From Moniliella sp. 'wahieum' (taxonomy: Eukaryota), in contig RSEE01000055.1 of NCBI GenBank assembly GCA_003971905.1, forward strand, positions 186,001 to 250,000: a DNA stretch of 64,000 nucleotides, given 5' to 3'. Within the stretch, counting starts at the first letter, position 1. Each line of letters starts with the position of its first letter. The translations under genes and the position numbers were made by a program. The notes beneath the pieces were generated by a model. The model saw only the letters and a program-made list of their open reading frames with translations. It made no database searches and had not been told where the DNA came from. Below are positions 12,418 to 25,327 of this stretch, in pieces.

Positions 12418-14171
12418 GCTGGCACAGACAACGCAGGAGGCGGTGGTGGAGAGAGCGAAGAAGACGAAGGCAAGGGCGAGGCAGCAAGTGAGGTGGTGAC
12501 AATGCCGCCCAGCCCATGCGCCGCACCACACCGCACAGCCCAGCACAGCACCACCACATGCGGCCTGCAAGCGAGCGGTGCAGCGTCGGCAGGTCCTACT
12601 GGCAGCAGCCTGCTGCCGTGCATGCACACCGCCCCCATGCCCTGCACCTGCCGAGCCTGCGCCCGCCGCCGACGTCACCGCGTCACCTATCATGCGTTCC
12701 GCGTGCGCGTGAACGCGTAATGTTCAAGTTGAACGTTGGCCGCAGCACGCCAGTGCTCCCGGCGGCCGTGCACAATGGTCCCTCACGCGTCACGCGCACG
12801 GGGCACCGCCCACTGCTGCCGCGCCTCGCTCCCTGCTCGCCCCCCTGCAACGGCAGCTGCCCTGGGCTGCCGCAGCCCCGTGTCGCTCTGCGCAGCACAG
12901 CAGCAGTGTCCCGCAGCGGCGTGCCGGCGATCTCATGCACATGCCCAGGGAGCAGTGGCGGATGGGTGAGCAGCCCCATGCGCCTGCAGAGCTGCAGCGC
13001 CGCCGCCGGCTGCAACGTGCCTGTGTTTGTTGCGCGCTGCGTACCTGTGTTTGCGGCGCCACGCTCCCGACGCGGCTACCACCGTGTTGGCCGCACCACA
13101 GCGCATCACCCGTCACGTGACATTCTGTGGCAGTGGTGGTGGCGCTGCTGGCAACAGCACGCGGTGCGGGGCTGTGCTGTGTTGCGCTGCGCTGCAGTAG
13201 ACAGACGAAGGGGAGCCGGCAGCCTGCAGAGCGATATCGATGCTCCCTGGTCCACGTCCCGATATGCAATGCGCTCAATCTACGATGGAGCAGCCCAGAG
13301 CAGCCCGCGCCCAGCAGCGCAGCCGATCGTTGTTCGGCAGCCCAGCCAGGCACGCCGGCAGCAGCACGCAGCCACGCAGCATCCAGCCCAACGCGTGCGT
13401 ACCAGCGCATCGCCCCAACGTACCATTGGCCTACCCACCGGCATAGCGAGCGACCTCGCCAGCCTCACCGGTCACCCGCCTCACTGTAGTCAGTACTCAG
13501 TGCAAGCTCAGTTCCAGTCATCGATCCGCTCATCCATCATGCATCATCCATCATCGACATCATCGATCATCCGGCCCTCCCCGCGGGATTGGCTACTTCT
13601 ACGCTCCATCTGCCCAGGCCCTACTACGTACCAGGCTCCCTGCTCCGCCCTGCCCCCCTTTCTCGCTCCGGCTTCTCTACGCTCCCCCCAAACCCATCGG
13701 CATCATGCATCATCGACCATCGATCATCGACGATCAAGCGGATCCAGTCGATCAAGGAAGAAGCGGGGTCCAACGTTCAACGGAAGCGGCCTGCTTAATG
13801 CTTGCCATTTTGCCTAGTTCTTCGTTGGTCTAGAGCGCGCGAGCGCTTTGTGCGTTTCTGCATCCCGCCCTGTGCCACTCCTGTGCCTCTGAGGGGGCGG
13901 GACTGCGGTACGTGTCTGCGGACCGAATTACACACGAACACCGCCAAAACACGTGGGCTTGACCGATTCCCGCGTTGCTAGTTGCGAATTCCTCTCGCTG
14001 TCTATTCCGCTCCCGCGGGGCGGCAAGGCGGAATTGGGGGTGGCGAGTTGGGTTGGCGTCGCGCTGGGCGAGACGCTTGAAGCGCCAAGCTTGAAGCTTG
14101 AAGCTTTTTGAAGCTTGCCTGCGGACGACAGCACCCACCCTACCACGCTCTGGGTCCCTGCTCTCTTGGTC

Positions 14172-14930
14172 ATGGCACGCATCTCGTTGACCTTGGTCGT
14201 GGCCTGCAGTCCCTCCAACGGGATTGGCAAGGACGGCGGCCTGCCCTGGCGCCTGAAGCGCGAGATGGCCTACTTTCGCCACGTCACTTCGCGTTCGCCT
14301 GCCGCCTCCGCCAGCCCCAACGCCGTGCTCATGGGCCGCAACACCTGGCTCTCTGTCCCGCCCAAATTCCGGCCGCTGGCAGGACGGGTCAACGTGGTCT
14401 TGTCGCAACGGAGCGATGCGGCGACGCTGGGTGTGTACGTACTTTTTCCCCCGCCGGCAACCCAACGCAAAAGCAAATGCAGAACAAAAACTGGATCGAT
14501 CGTAGCTAACCCCTTGTCCGCTCCCTACAGGGTGACGACGCGTACCATTGCCGCACGTTGGAGGAGGCGTCGCGTCTGTTGCAAGCCAAGAACATTGGCC
14601 GCGCCTTCCTCATCGGCGGCGCAGAACTCTACTCTTCCTTTCTCAAGACGCCCGAGCAGGGCGGGTTTGTGCTGGACCGCCTGCTGATCACTCGTTTGGC
14701 ATCCGAGTTTGAGTGCGACACCTTTCTGCCGCCCAGTTTGCCCGGATCCACGCTTCCCGAGCAGGTCGGGGGGGCGGGAGTGGCGACGGGCCACCCCTGC
14801 CGAGCTGCTCGACTGGGTGCCGGCGGGCACTGACTTGTCCCCAGGACTCCGGGCCATACTCCAGTCCGGTCCCGAGGGGCTACAGCAAGAGGAGGATGGG
14901 GTGCGGTATGAGATGCAGATGTGGGTGTAG
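14172..14930 (+). CDS. DFR1: Dihydrofolate reductase
   Basis: LVVACSPSNGIGKDGGLPWRLKREMAYF, NAVLMGRNTW, RPLAGRVNVVLS; intron about 14433-14530 (GCTAAC branch); FLIGGAELY, FECDTF, EEDGVRYEMQMWV*. Confidence 0.95.
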
Positions 14931-15030
14931 AGCATGGATTTGGGATTGCATGACATGGCATTAAATGGGATGAAATGCCAAGTTCCGCAACGGGTTGAGC
15001 CGCCGGGACAAGGATGGGAAGAGACGAGCG

Positions 15031-16613
15031 TCAAAAGACAAAAGGAATGAAACGGTAGGGCACAATTTCGCAGTACTTGTCCCAGTCCTTGCCGTACTTG
15101 CGTGCGCAACGATCAAAGTCGCGTCCGCAGCGGTGCGTAAGGACGGTGAGGAAGAACGCAGCGTAAAAGTACGGGATGAAGGAGCCCGTGCCGGCACACG
15201 CGCCCCAGGTGAAAGACTGGATCCAGTCGGCGGTGTAGTTGGGCTTGCGAAGGTAGGCCCACCAGCCGTCGATCAGCAGCGCGTTTCCGTGTTCGGTTTG
15301 CAGGTACACAGGGTCGCGCAGCGTCGACCAGGGCCACTGGGGGAAGGAGAAGCGGGTCTCGATGCTGCCCTTTTGAAGCAGGATGCGGAAGCGCGACTTT
15401 GGGCCATGGACGAGTCAAAGACCCAATGCACAAACAGGAGCGTGCCAAACAGCGCCACGTACCCCAAGGTAGAAGAGGTAGGTGCTGGGGTCGTGCTGCG
15501 ACATGTACACGATCGAGTAGCAGTAGGTGAAAGGCACACCGGCCAAGTTCCAGTACGAGACGAGGAAACCGGCCTTCTCGTAGAACATGTCCCAGGTTTG
15601 CGGGATCAGCTCTTCGCCCTTGCAGCAGGCATTGAGGTACAGGCCAGTGGCAAGGATCATGCAAGCCATGTTGGGCGACACGTAGCCGTACTCATCGTAT
15701 TGCCGCGCAGCACCGGCCAAGGAAATCTCAAAGGCAGGACCCAAGGAATGCGCACCTCGGCCCACATCTTGAGGTCTACCACGCCAAAGCGAGGGTTGAG
15801 CGAGGCACCCATAAAGTAGTCATAGAAAAAGTTGCCACTCATCCGGTGCGTCGTGCCGTGCACGACGGCCGACACGTAGAGGATCAAAGGATAGAGGAAG
15901 CAGAGATGATGGCCACCGTCATATACTCACCGAAGTGATACATGATCGTTTGCAGTTGGTACACTCCGCTAAAGTGCAACGCGGCGGTGACAACCAGCGT
16001 AGCATACAGAGAAGAAAGCGCATTGCACTTGTACCACAACGTCTTGTATCCAAGAGACGGCACAGGCAGACCCTCTTGCCAGTAACCAGGCATCACAACC
16101 GCAAGGAAGAGCTGGAACACGATCAGGCCGCCGTACCCGCGAATGGCACGCCAGGTCGGAAACGCCTCGGTGTAAATATGGTTCCCCATGCGCTGGATAA
16201 ATGGGTAGACGTCACTCAAGCTCGAAGGGTACACCAACTTGCCATCGTAGAACCAGAGGCAGATCCAGAGGTAGTACATGAGGGTAGGGAAAAAGACCAT
16301 CATGAACGCTGTGCCGACAGGACCACCAAACTCATATCTGGGGCAATGTGTCAGAGCTGAAAGGAGCAGGATAACATACATACTCATGGTGCTGGTCGAG
16401 CAGCTTGTCCTTCTCGCGGCCCTGCTCGGAGATGACGATGCCCGGCTGATGGTGGACCATCTCGTTGCGCGCCTTGATGTTGCCCCACACAATCTGAGGA
16501 TCGCGTGGGTCAGGGTGGCGCCAGCGGTGGTTGTAGGGGCCCTTGGTCTTGGGAACCTCGGCCGGGTTGACCTTGGAGGCCGGCTTGCGTTCCCGCATGC
16601 CCTCAGACGACAT
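15031..16613 (-). CDS. ERG4: Sterol C-24(28) reductase (ERG4/ERG24 family)
   Basis: EYEFGGPVG after a 46-nt intron (16338-16383); SGNFFYDYFMGASLNPR; KGEELIPQTWDMFYEKAGF; LLIDGWW...RKPNYTAD; HRCGRDFDRCARKYGKDWDKYC. Confidence 0.92.
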
Positions 16614-17904
16614 GGTTGTGGTGGAGGCGTGGAGAAGGGAGCGGCCCTCAATCCTCAGCTGAGGGTTCTTCGCGGCGTTTACCCAATCCACCTCATCTTC
16701 CCAGTGTGCCGTCAGTCACGCGTCACGTGGCGGCAGGCGCAGACCGCGCCATTGTGGCCTCTGGCTCAAGGCCAGTGTAGGTTCGGGCCGCCGCGGCTTG
16801 ATCGATGGATCGTCCATTCAATATTCAATCTCAGACCCCAGGTAGGGTTACCGGCGGATACCGGCAGCGTGCGCTACCGATGGCCTCGATTGTCGCATTG
16901 CGCTTGCTGTGCCACACCTTCCCGCGCGCACGCCAGGCGTCCCAGCGCGTCCCTCGCGCCCGGCGAAGCGCGAATCCCTCAAGGGGTGGTCCACCTCCAT
17001 CCCCATCCCGGACCGGCTGACCTATCAAAAATGCATCTGGCACCGTCACCCGGTAATCTGCACGCCTGAGTTCCACCCTCCCGCCACGTTCTTTTCTGTT
17101 TGCTCCACTCCGCTGGTTCTTTGCGAAAATGGAGTAACGCAAATGGTGCGCTCACCAAACCTTGACGGACAGCTCTCCGTACGCAGACTGAATACGGGTG
17201 CAGGCCAGGATGGCTTCCAACGATGGCATATGTCCACACGGTGGAAACGGGCCGAGTTGGAGGCCATCTTGACGTTGCTTGGCCCGGGGCGCGCTTGGCA
17301 GCATACAGCACCCATGGTATAAATGAGAGAGCTGTTGAGCGTTGAGCTGATGGCTCGTGCTTTGGCCAATGTCCCTTCAGTTCCTCCTCAGGTCTAGGAG
17401 TTCCGCTGTTTTCCCTCTCCTGTTTGGCTCCTTGTCCTGCAGCTTAAACCCTGAGGCCTGAGGCTCAGGCCTGATGGCGACTCGCCGCTTGATGTTCCTC
17501 TGTAGGCATTGCTGGTTACCACAACCACCACCATCAGTGCGATTGCATCACCCACTCGAGGACGATCAGGACTCCAGGTCTCATCAAGAACCACCAGGTG
17601 TAGTTGAATCTCAACCGCATTGCGTCCGACAAGCGCATTTTTGCTTTTTTGAGGAGCTCCTGCTGACGCCCCCTCCCCCCGGCGCGCAGCCAGGCTGTGG
17701 CTGCGTCTTGAACTACCCCAGCGTGTGGGGGTCGTCGGGGTTCGCCGTTCACCTTGAACGTTGACGTGCAATCCCAAAATCCATGGCACGTTGTCATGTT
17801 GATCTCGATGGTCGCAGCACGAGTGTGGGACGCAAGTACGAGCGGTACAAGCGGGCTGTCGCATCCCTCTACTTGCTGAAGAGGTGAGCTGGGATGCCAT
17901 GAGC

Positions 17905-17966
17905 ATCCTGCCAAAATCGTCTAGTGCTGGGTGGCAATCCTGCCAAAATCGTCTAGTGCTGGGTGG
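17905..17966. repeat. 32-bp-period tandem duplication (ATCCTGCCAAAATCGTCTAGTGCTGGGTGG...)
   Basis: Two identical 30-bp copies starting at 17905 and 17937. Confidence 0.95.
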
Positions 17967-18943
17967 GGATACCATCGGCCCAACGTCCCACTGAAAGAAG
18001 GTTACCGGGTACGGGCAAAACGGTGGAGGGCAGTGAAGCTTGAAGCTGGTGCAGGTGCCAGTTGCAGTGACGCGGTGAACCGAGGTGACCGGTGAGGTGC
18101 CAGTGAGGCCCTCAGCTGAAGGCGTTGGTACATCCAGCAGGGCAAAACGTGGGCGAGCATGCGCTTACCGCGACGCCTAACGCTTAGCCTAAGCACCCTG
18201 CACCCAGCCACTTGACAGTCACTGGTCTTCGACTAGCTGCTAGCCAGCAGTCGTCAGTTCATCGATCATCGATGCTATGCTGGAAAGGATGCATGATGCA
18301 TGACATCATCATCGATGCGCGCTGCGCAGCTCAGTGCGGAGCGGGGTTCCAGCCGGGGCTGCACTGGGCCTGACGTGGCGGGCAGCAGACTCGCGCTCGC
18401 CACGGCGTCGGGCTCTGCACGGCCGCACAGGCCACACAGGGCACAGGCCTAGAGCGTGCCGGCGCGGCAACGCAAGCTTGGCAGCGGGCAGGCCAGGACC
18501 GACACCTCCGCACCCCAACCCCCAGCGCCGCACTGGCCAAGTGCCCACCAGGCCACACCCGGCCACACCACCCTACGCTGCTGAGCTCAGCGTAGCCATG
18601 AGGCTCATGCATCACTGGGTTTGGCCGGCTGCATCGCGGCTGCATCGCCAGCGGGGTTTAGTGATTCTCGTGATTGCTCGGTTGGATGGATATGGCGATG
18701 CAGTGGCCGTGTGCCTGCGGCGGTCACATGCCGGCATGTCCGTGCCAACCCAGGCCGCCAGCGACGACACCCGTAAGCGCATGCCTGGTCCCTAGTCCTC
18801 GCCCCCCTGCAGACGGCACGCATCCATCCCACACACCTGCCCCTTGCGCCGCAGCACCCCCACGCAGCACCCACCCGTCTCTGCGCCGGCTGGCTGCGCA
18901 GCGCTCCTGCCTCCCCGCCACCACCACCCGCGCACTGCCTCCC

Positions 18944-21900
18944 ATGTCCGACCCCCCCGCATCTGGTCCGCTGCCGGACGACACGGCATCGCTCTCCTCC
19001 CGCCGCCGTCTGCGCGACCGCTTCAGCCTCTCCCACTCCCGCACCCGCAGCACCCTCCCCAACCACCGACCACACCTCCTCCGACCAGGAGCCTCCCCCC
19101 GAACCCCACCCCCAGCTCCCTCCCGCTCCCGAGGCGCCAGTGCCAGAGCCAGTGCCAGCGCCAGCTCCAGCGCCAGATGCGACATCCCCTCCCCATCCCT
19201 CCCGCTCTCCGCCCGCACGCCCCCCAAGCCCATGCCTGCGCCCACCCACCTCCTCCCCACCACCAGCCGAGAAACCTGGCAGGGAAGCCCCTCCGCCCGA
19301 TGAAAGGGCGTCTGTTCCGCGCCCCGTCGACTCCCTCTTGATCCCTTTCCAGATACATGTCTCAGCGTCGGCAGGCCCAAGACAAGCTGATCGTCGGGTT
19401 TGCCGTGCTCTGCGGGGTGGTTGCTTTCCTCTCTGCCCACATCGCCCAGCGCTTCACGTCGGTTGGATTTATCTCGGGTTTGGCTGGCATTGCTGCCGCT
19501 GTGTACTGCCTTTGTGAGCGTATGGGTCGGCAGGATCGAGACGATATGTGGCTGGTCGAACAACATCTCGTCTCCACCTTGCGAAAGTGCGGGTGGAGCG
19601 AAGCCCAGATCATGTCCTTCTTATCCGGCAAGCCCGTCCAGCCCGACGTTGCTGTGCCGCCGTCACCGCGACGCGCGGCTCCAAGTGCCGGGGCAGGGAT
19701 GGCTCAAGGTGTACGCCAATTCCTCACAGGCAGCCGTTCCGAAAGCGTCGAGTGGGTCAACGCGCTGCTCAGCACGGTCTGCCTTTGATCTCGCCCATGT
19801 ACTTTGCTCCCTTCATCGATCTTCTCGAGGATGCGCTCATGCAGCAAGTACCTGGAATCGTATCCAATGCAAGGGTGGTGGAACTGGACCAGGGTCGGGT
19901 CCCGCTACGGCTCAAGTCGATTCGCCTCTTGCCACCCCAACAAAAAACCTTCTTGACGGGCACAAAGGAGTCGCCTGATTGGAACACTCACTCTGCCGAC
20001 TCCGTGGCTGATCCTGCCATCGATCCAACCGCGTCGTTTACAGAAGCGGATGAGTGGGAGGACTTGGGGGACTTTATCAATTTGGAGGTCTCCTTTCGTA
20101 CCGGGCCGCCTCGACGTTGAGCGAACGCAAGAATAAAAAGTCCAACAAGGTTAAGGCCAAAGCGGAAGAGAAGATCAACGAACAGGAGGCCGCCAAGCAG
20201 CAGGCCAAGAACGAGAATGACACTGCTTCCCTCGCCCCCTCCACCACTTCGTCCAAGAAGTCGACATTCCTTCGCTCCCTCTTCCACCGCCATGGTGTTT
20301 CCAACCGCAGCGACATGGAGTTCTCGGAGGACCAAAATCGGAAGCGGGGTATAATGCCAGTGTTTTTGGCGATGAGCTCACGTACCAAAAGGGTCGCGAT
20401 ATGATCCACATGCTCATGTACTTTCATGTCGGCATCAAGAAATTGGCCGACGCAGCACTACCAGTGTGGCTCGAAGTACTGGGCATCGAGGGCACGCTGC
20501 GAGTTCGGGTACAAATGACACCTGTGCTGCCTTTTATCAAACACATTGCATTTACCTTTGCCGGGGAGCCCAAGCTTGAGCTGGGTGCCAAGCCCTTGGG
20601 AGAACGAATGGTGATTGATGCGATGCAGCTTCCCCTCATCTCAACGTATGTGCTCAAGTCGATTCAACAAGTCATCTCGGGCTTTATTGCACCCAAGTCG
20701 TATGTGATGGACTTGCACAGTCTCCTTTCCATTGGAGAGGGTCCGCAAACAGCCTATGCTGTGGGGGCGATCGCGCTGATCGTTCACGAAGCCACTTCCC
20801 TCCCGTGGCTGACGCAAATGGCGAGGCAGACCCCTTTGTTGTTGCTGCCTTTAGCCGAGAGATGCGGCCGCTGTTTTCAACCCGGGTAGTGCTCAGCACG
20901 CGCAACCCGGTATGGCAAGAGTTTGGCATGATCCTCGTGACCCCCGACCTTGAGGCGGACCAATCGCTGCGCATCCTCGTCAATGATGCGGACCGGTTCT
21001 CGGCGGACGACCAACTGGGACAAGTATCCTTCCCACTTGCGCGTCTACGTTCCCGCGCCCAGCGACGCGCCATTACAGCTGCGCGTAATGGGGCTGGGGT
21101 CAAGCAATCCCTCGCCCTCGCAGCAAGTACCTTTGAGACGCGCACCCTCCCGCTCCAGCCCATCGACCCAGACCGGCCCACGCAGGGTACGATCAAGCTT
21201 TCACTGGCCTACATCCACCTCGAGCCCCACCTCTACTCGACAGTCAAGAGCATTGACGATGAACTGAAACGCGATCGGGAGCAAAAAGAGAAACAAGCCG
21301 AGCGCAAGAGGATCCGGCAAGCCCAACTCCAACGCATTGAGGCGCTCCGAGCCATGGGGCGGGATCATCTCCCTTCAATGCTCCGATCCGATTCGGGGAC
21401 CGAGTTGGGGGACGTGGCTTCTATCGCGAATACGCCAGGGACGCCCGGGACACCTGGGACACCCGGGGAAGAGGAAGAGCAGGTGAAACCCGATTTGGCG
21501 GAAGAGTACGACCAGTTCTTGACTGGCTTTGACCAGTTGTCTCCAAGTTGGGAGTGCCACTGGATGAAGAGACGTTGAAAGCGCGTAAGGACCGGGCGGA
21601 TCGGATCCGTAAGCTGACCTCGCTCATCACGGGGGAGCAGGACCAATCGGATGCGCCTCCTCGGGATAGCTGGCGATCTGGCATCCTTAGTTATCATGTG
21701 CACATGGTCGACCGCCTTGAACCTTTCTCCCAGGATAAAACGCTTTCGGGACGGTCCAAGCGGGCGGGTGCCACGCAGGGCTTCCGCCAGGCCGCGGCCC
21801 AGTCGGGACTGGTGGCCAATGCGGTCCCGCTCCCGTCGCCGTACGCGTACATTGTGGTGGATGACGAGCCTGTCCTTCGAACGCGCACGTCTCCTCTCAA

Positions 21901-23630
21901 CCCGCAACCTTTCTGGAACGCGGGGTCAGAACGGTTCATTGGCGACTGGCGCACATGTCGCGTGGATGGTACGTGCTCTGTTCCTTTCTTGTTAAGTCCG
22001 AGTCAGAGACTGACCATGATCCCTCCATAGTGGTCATCAAGGATGAGCGCAACCACGAAGCCGACGCGGTCTGGGCATGGTATCGCTCAATGTCAAGGAC
22101 GTGCTGCAGGACAGTGCACGCCACACGGGTTGGCACACTCTCACCTCGGGCATGGGCTATGGTCGGGTCAAGGTGAGCTTGGTCTTTACCCCACTGGCCA
22201 TTACCGTTCCTCCCCCTCTTGCCGGGTGGAACATTGGGACAGTGGAGATATTCGTGCTCGCGCGTTGGTCCGGTCAGATGCGCCGATGGCCGAGCGCAAG
22301 GTGGGCATGATTGTCTCCACGTTTGGAGGCAAGAGTCACTGCCTCCACAAGAGCGGGATCAGGAGGCGCTGTCGCCTCTCGAGGCCTTCCCAAACGGAGA
22401 AGGTGGCGCGAAGCGTGCGGACGAGACGCTGCGGCTGAGCCAATTCACCTGGCCGGAGGGGGAGCAGGGAGGGGTGCGGTTGGCCCTTCGGCAACGCTAT
22501 CCTGGCTTGTTGCGCTTTGCATTGGTAGGCGAGCGCAAGGGCCTGCGCCGGCGGGTGCGGTTTGGCCATGCGCTCATTCGCTCAACCAGCTCCCGGACGC
22601 GGGGATCGTCACGTTGCGCATCCCGATCGTGGAAGGACAAGAAGGCGAAGCGATGGACCAAACCTTGCTCCGCCTCTCCTCGCCCCCGACCAACTCCTCA
22701 GTGCGGCCGACGTGCCGAGGCGGCCATGGTGGCGGCCGAAAACCATAAAAAGAAAGGCTCCTCCAGCGAGCGATCTTCCCCGCTGGCGGGCCAGCCTCGC
22801 TGCCCAAATGGGCATCGTACCTGCCTAGCCCAAGCCGGGGCCGTAGCCAGTGTAGCCGGCAAAGCCACGGGACCTTCCCGCGCGTGCAACAGATCACTGG
22901 CCTGCTCACCTCGTTTACCCAGGCGGGACGAGGCTGTGGCCCAACTCGCCTCGACCATCGCGCGCAACGCGGAGACGCCAATGCTATGTCTGAACCGTTT
23001 CGGCCAACTTAGCGGCGCGCGTGGGCGAGCCGAGCGAGTCTGTGCTCCCCCCCGGCACCGAGGCGACGGCGTCCGGGTCGGCGGCAGGCGAGCGCAAGGT
23101 GGGTGACCAGGTGGGGGTGTTGGAGGTGACGTTGGTCTTGTGGCCAGGGGTGTCGTCGGAGCACCGCGGCTTGGCGATGCACGATGACGAGATGCGCATT
23201 GCTACGACGTTCTTGACGGCGACGGATGCGCAAGAAGCGCCCGCCGCCGGGCAAGTACGTTGCGTCGCACGAGGCGCAACAAAGGGCGGACGAAGAGCCG
23301 CCTCCGCCCGTGCCGCCCAAGGACGAGCCGCTAGGCGGTATGTCTGGTACCGACTCGTACGACGAGGCGGAGAGGACGAGGACGCGGTGGTGGATGGCAC
23401 AGTGGCGCCCGATGCGTCGGAGAGCGGTCGCGGGATTTGCGTCGGCGAGCGGTGATGCACCGGCAACAGCGAGGCGCGGCGCAGCTCAAGCCTTCCGCAC
23501 CGCCCGTTGGCTGTCGCGCGGCGTGGTGGAGAAGGCTCACCATGTCAAGTACGCTGCCACGCGCGACCGCCAGTTCAACTCGACCGGCGTGGGTCACAAG
23601 TTGGAGAACGAGAGCGTGTCCCACCTGTAG
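18944..23630 (+). CDS. SMP- and C2-domain membrane protein (Mug190-like), frameshifted
   Basis: TM hairpin, ESVEWVNALL, FIDLLEDALMQQVP, LPVWLEVLGIEGTLRVRVQMTPVLPFIK (SMP); C2 ADANGEADPFVV...TRNPVWQE...DADRFSADDQLG; PSPYAYIVVDDE...QPFWNAGSERFI; intron about 21969-22030; start uncertain. Confidence 0.8.
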
Positions 23631-24032
23631 ATGCTCCCGTTGCTGTGCCCAAGCCGAGAGCGAGCCGGAGGGAGCTGCATCTCTTGTGTATCATAGTGTA
23701 TCAAGCGAACGGACACCTGTACCGATTCTACTACCCTATTCTTCCCCCCTGGGCGAACAACCCGGGTCCAGTCTGGTCACAGTATAATATGAGACGTTCT
23801 CTTTCTAAGCTCACCGTGAACTAGTACCCACATGTAGCTACTTCCTCCGTCGGGAGAACACCCTACAACTAAAGTGTTGGATTGGTTGGAGCTTCAGAAA
23901 CGCATAAGCTACGCGTTAACTCGCCTAGCTCAGTTGTCAGCCTACGCGACGGCGTACGAGAGCAAGGCGAGCTGCCCTTCCCCAGCCCAACTGAGCAGAA
24001 CGGATAAAAAGGCCAGCCCAGGTAAAAATTTC

Positions 24033-24118
24033 CTCTCCGACCGGGAATCGAACCCGGGTCTCGTCCGAACGTCTCCCAAGATGACAGGGACGTGTCATAG
24101 CCACTAAACTATCGGAGA
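24033..24118 (-). tRNA. tRNA-Asp(GUC) with 14-nt intron (24068-24081)
   Basis: Acceptor TCTCCGA/TCGGAGA + G73; D-loop AGTGG; anticodon stem CGTCC/GGACG around CT-GTC-A; T-arm CCGGG-TTCGATT-CCCGG; T5 Pol III terminator just downstream. Confidence 0.95.
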
Positions 24119-25327
24119 AAGATGTGCGGCGCTGCATTTTCGCTAACAACTACGGCTGCATCGGGGGCCACAAACACCCCAACACCCTTCATTCGACGTT
24201 CGTGTTCAACTGAACGTTCAACGAACTCACAATTCAACATCGAAGTTCAACGCACCTTTCCACGTATAGGTCCGTTGATACTGAAACACAACTGCAGCTC
24301 TCTCTTCAAGCTTCACGGCATTTCTATCGTTGGAGCTTTTCAGGCCCTCAGGCCTCAGGCCCCTCAGGAGACAAGCGAACTCGAATACCCGACAACCGCT
24401 GGCCTACTCCTTCCATCTACTGAGAATATCGCGATTTTTTATCTCTGTTCAGTCGTTGAGTACGCGTTCTGAATTCTGAGATCGAGATCTGAGAATCGGC
24501 ACTGGAAACGTTAAGCGCGTTAAGCTGTGCCACGGCTGTGCCTCCGAGTGACTCCTTCTCGGAAATCACTTCAGTCTCACTAGTCACATGCATCACATGT
24601 TACAGTAACTATGAGCGCTGAGCATGAAAAGCTTGAAGTGACAGTAGTGACTAGTGATGAAGAGCGAGCAAAAAGCATACAGCGGCGAGATTTACTTGCA
24701 ACCGTGCTCTACAACAAGACTGATCTCCATCAAAATGAATTGGGATCGGGAGATATTATAGCTGTGCCGTCGGTAAATTACCGTGTGTTGCATCGAAGAT
24801 TGTAATAGGTCTACTCTTCTCCCGATGACCTGTGTTCCCCTTCCCCTGTTGCACATCTCTTCCCTTACACTACTCAGTCTGAGTACTCATTAGGAATTCA
24901 TAAGGAAAATCGGATCGGTCGTTTCGAAGTGAGGCGCGAGAAGGACAAGGAATTATCGGGGCCGAGATGTGTGCAGCAAAATGTAGCGATCGAGAGAGAG
25001 GGGCATAAAAGAAAAAACACAGCTGCCCACAGGAAAACAGGTTTTCCTGGTGAGGCTCTGGGCATGATTGATATGACAACCAACGGATCAAACCCCACGA
25101 CGGAAAGAGTGTCCAAATAAAACAGGCGGTGACACCTGAGAGGGAAGAGAGGAAGAGTAATAGAGGGAGGAGGGAGGAGGGAACATTGATGAACTGTGCA
25201 TATATGTGATCATCGCTACGCCGGCCCTGACGCCCCTTGCATCGATGGGCGGGGCGTGGACCGTGCGCGGATGGAGTGGACACGAGAAGATGTGGGTGTG
25301 GGCAAACACGAGGACGACCAAGACCGT

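Noticed and set aside
12516..13817. 433-aa ORF and other long antisense or overlapping ORFs (e.g. 6913-7911, 50695-51843)
   Set aside because: Low-complexity Arg/Ala/Pro translations expected in GC-rich DNA, or shadows of real genes on the other strand; no domain motifs.
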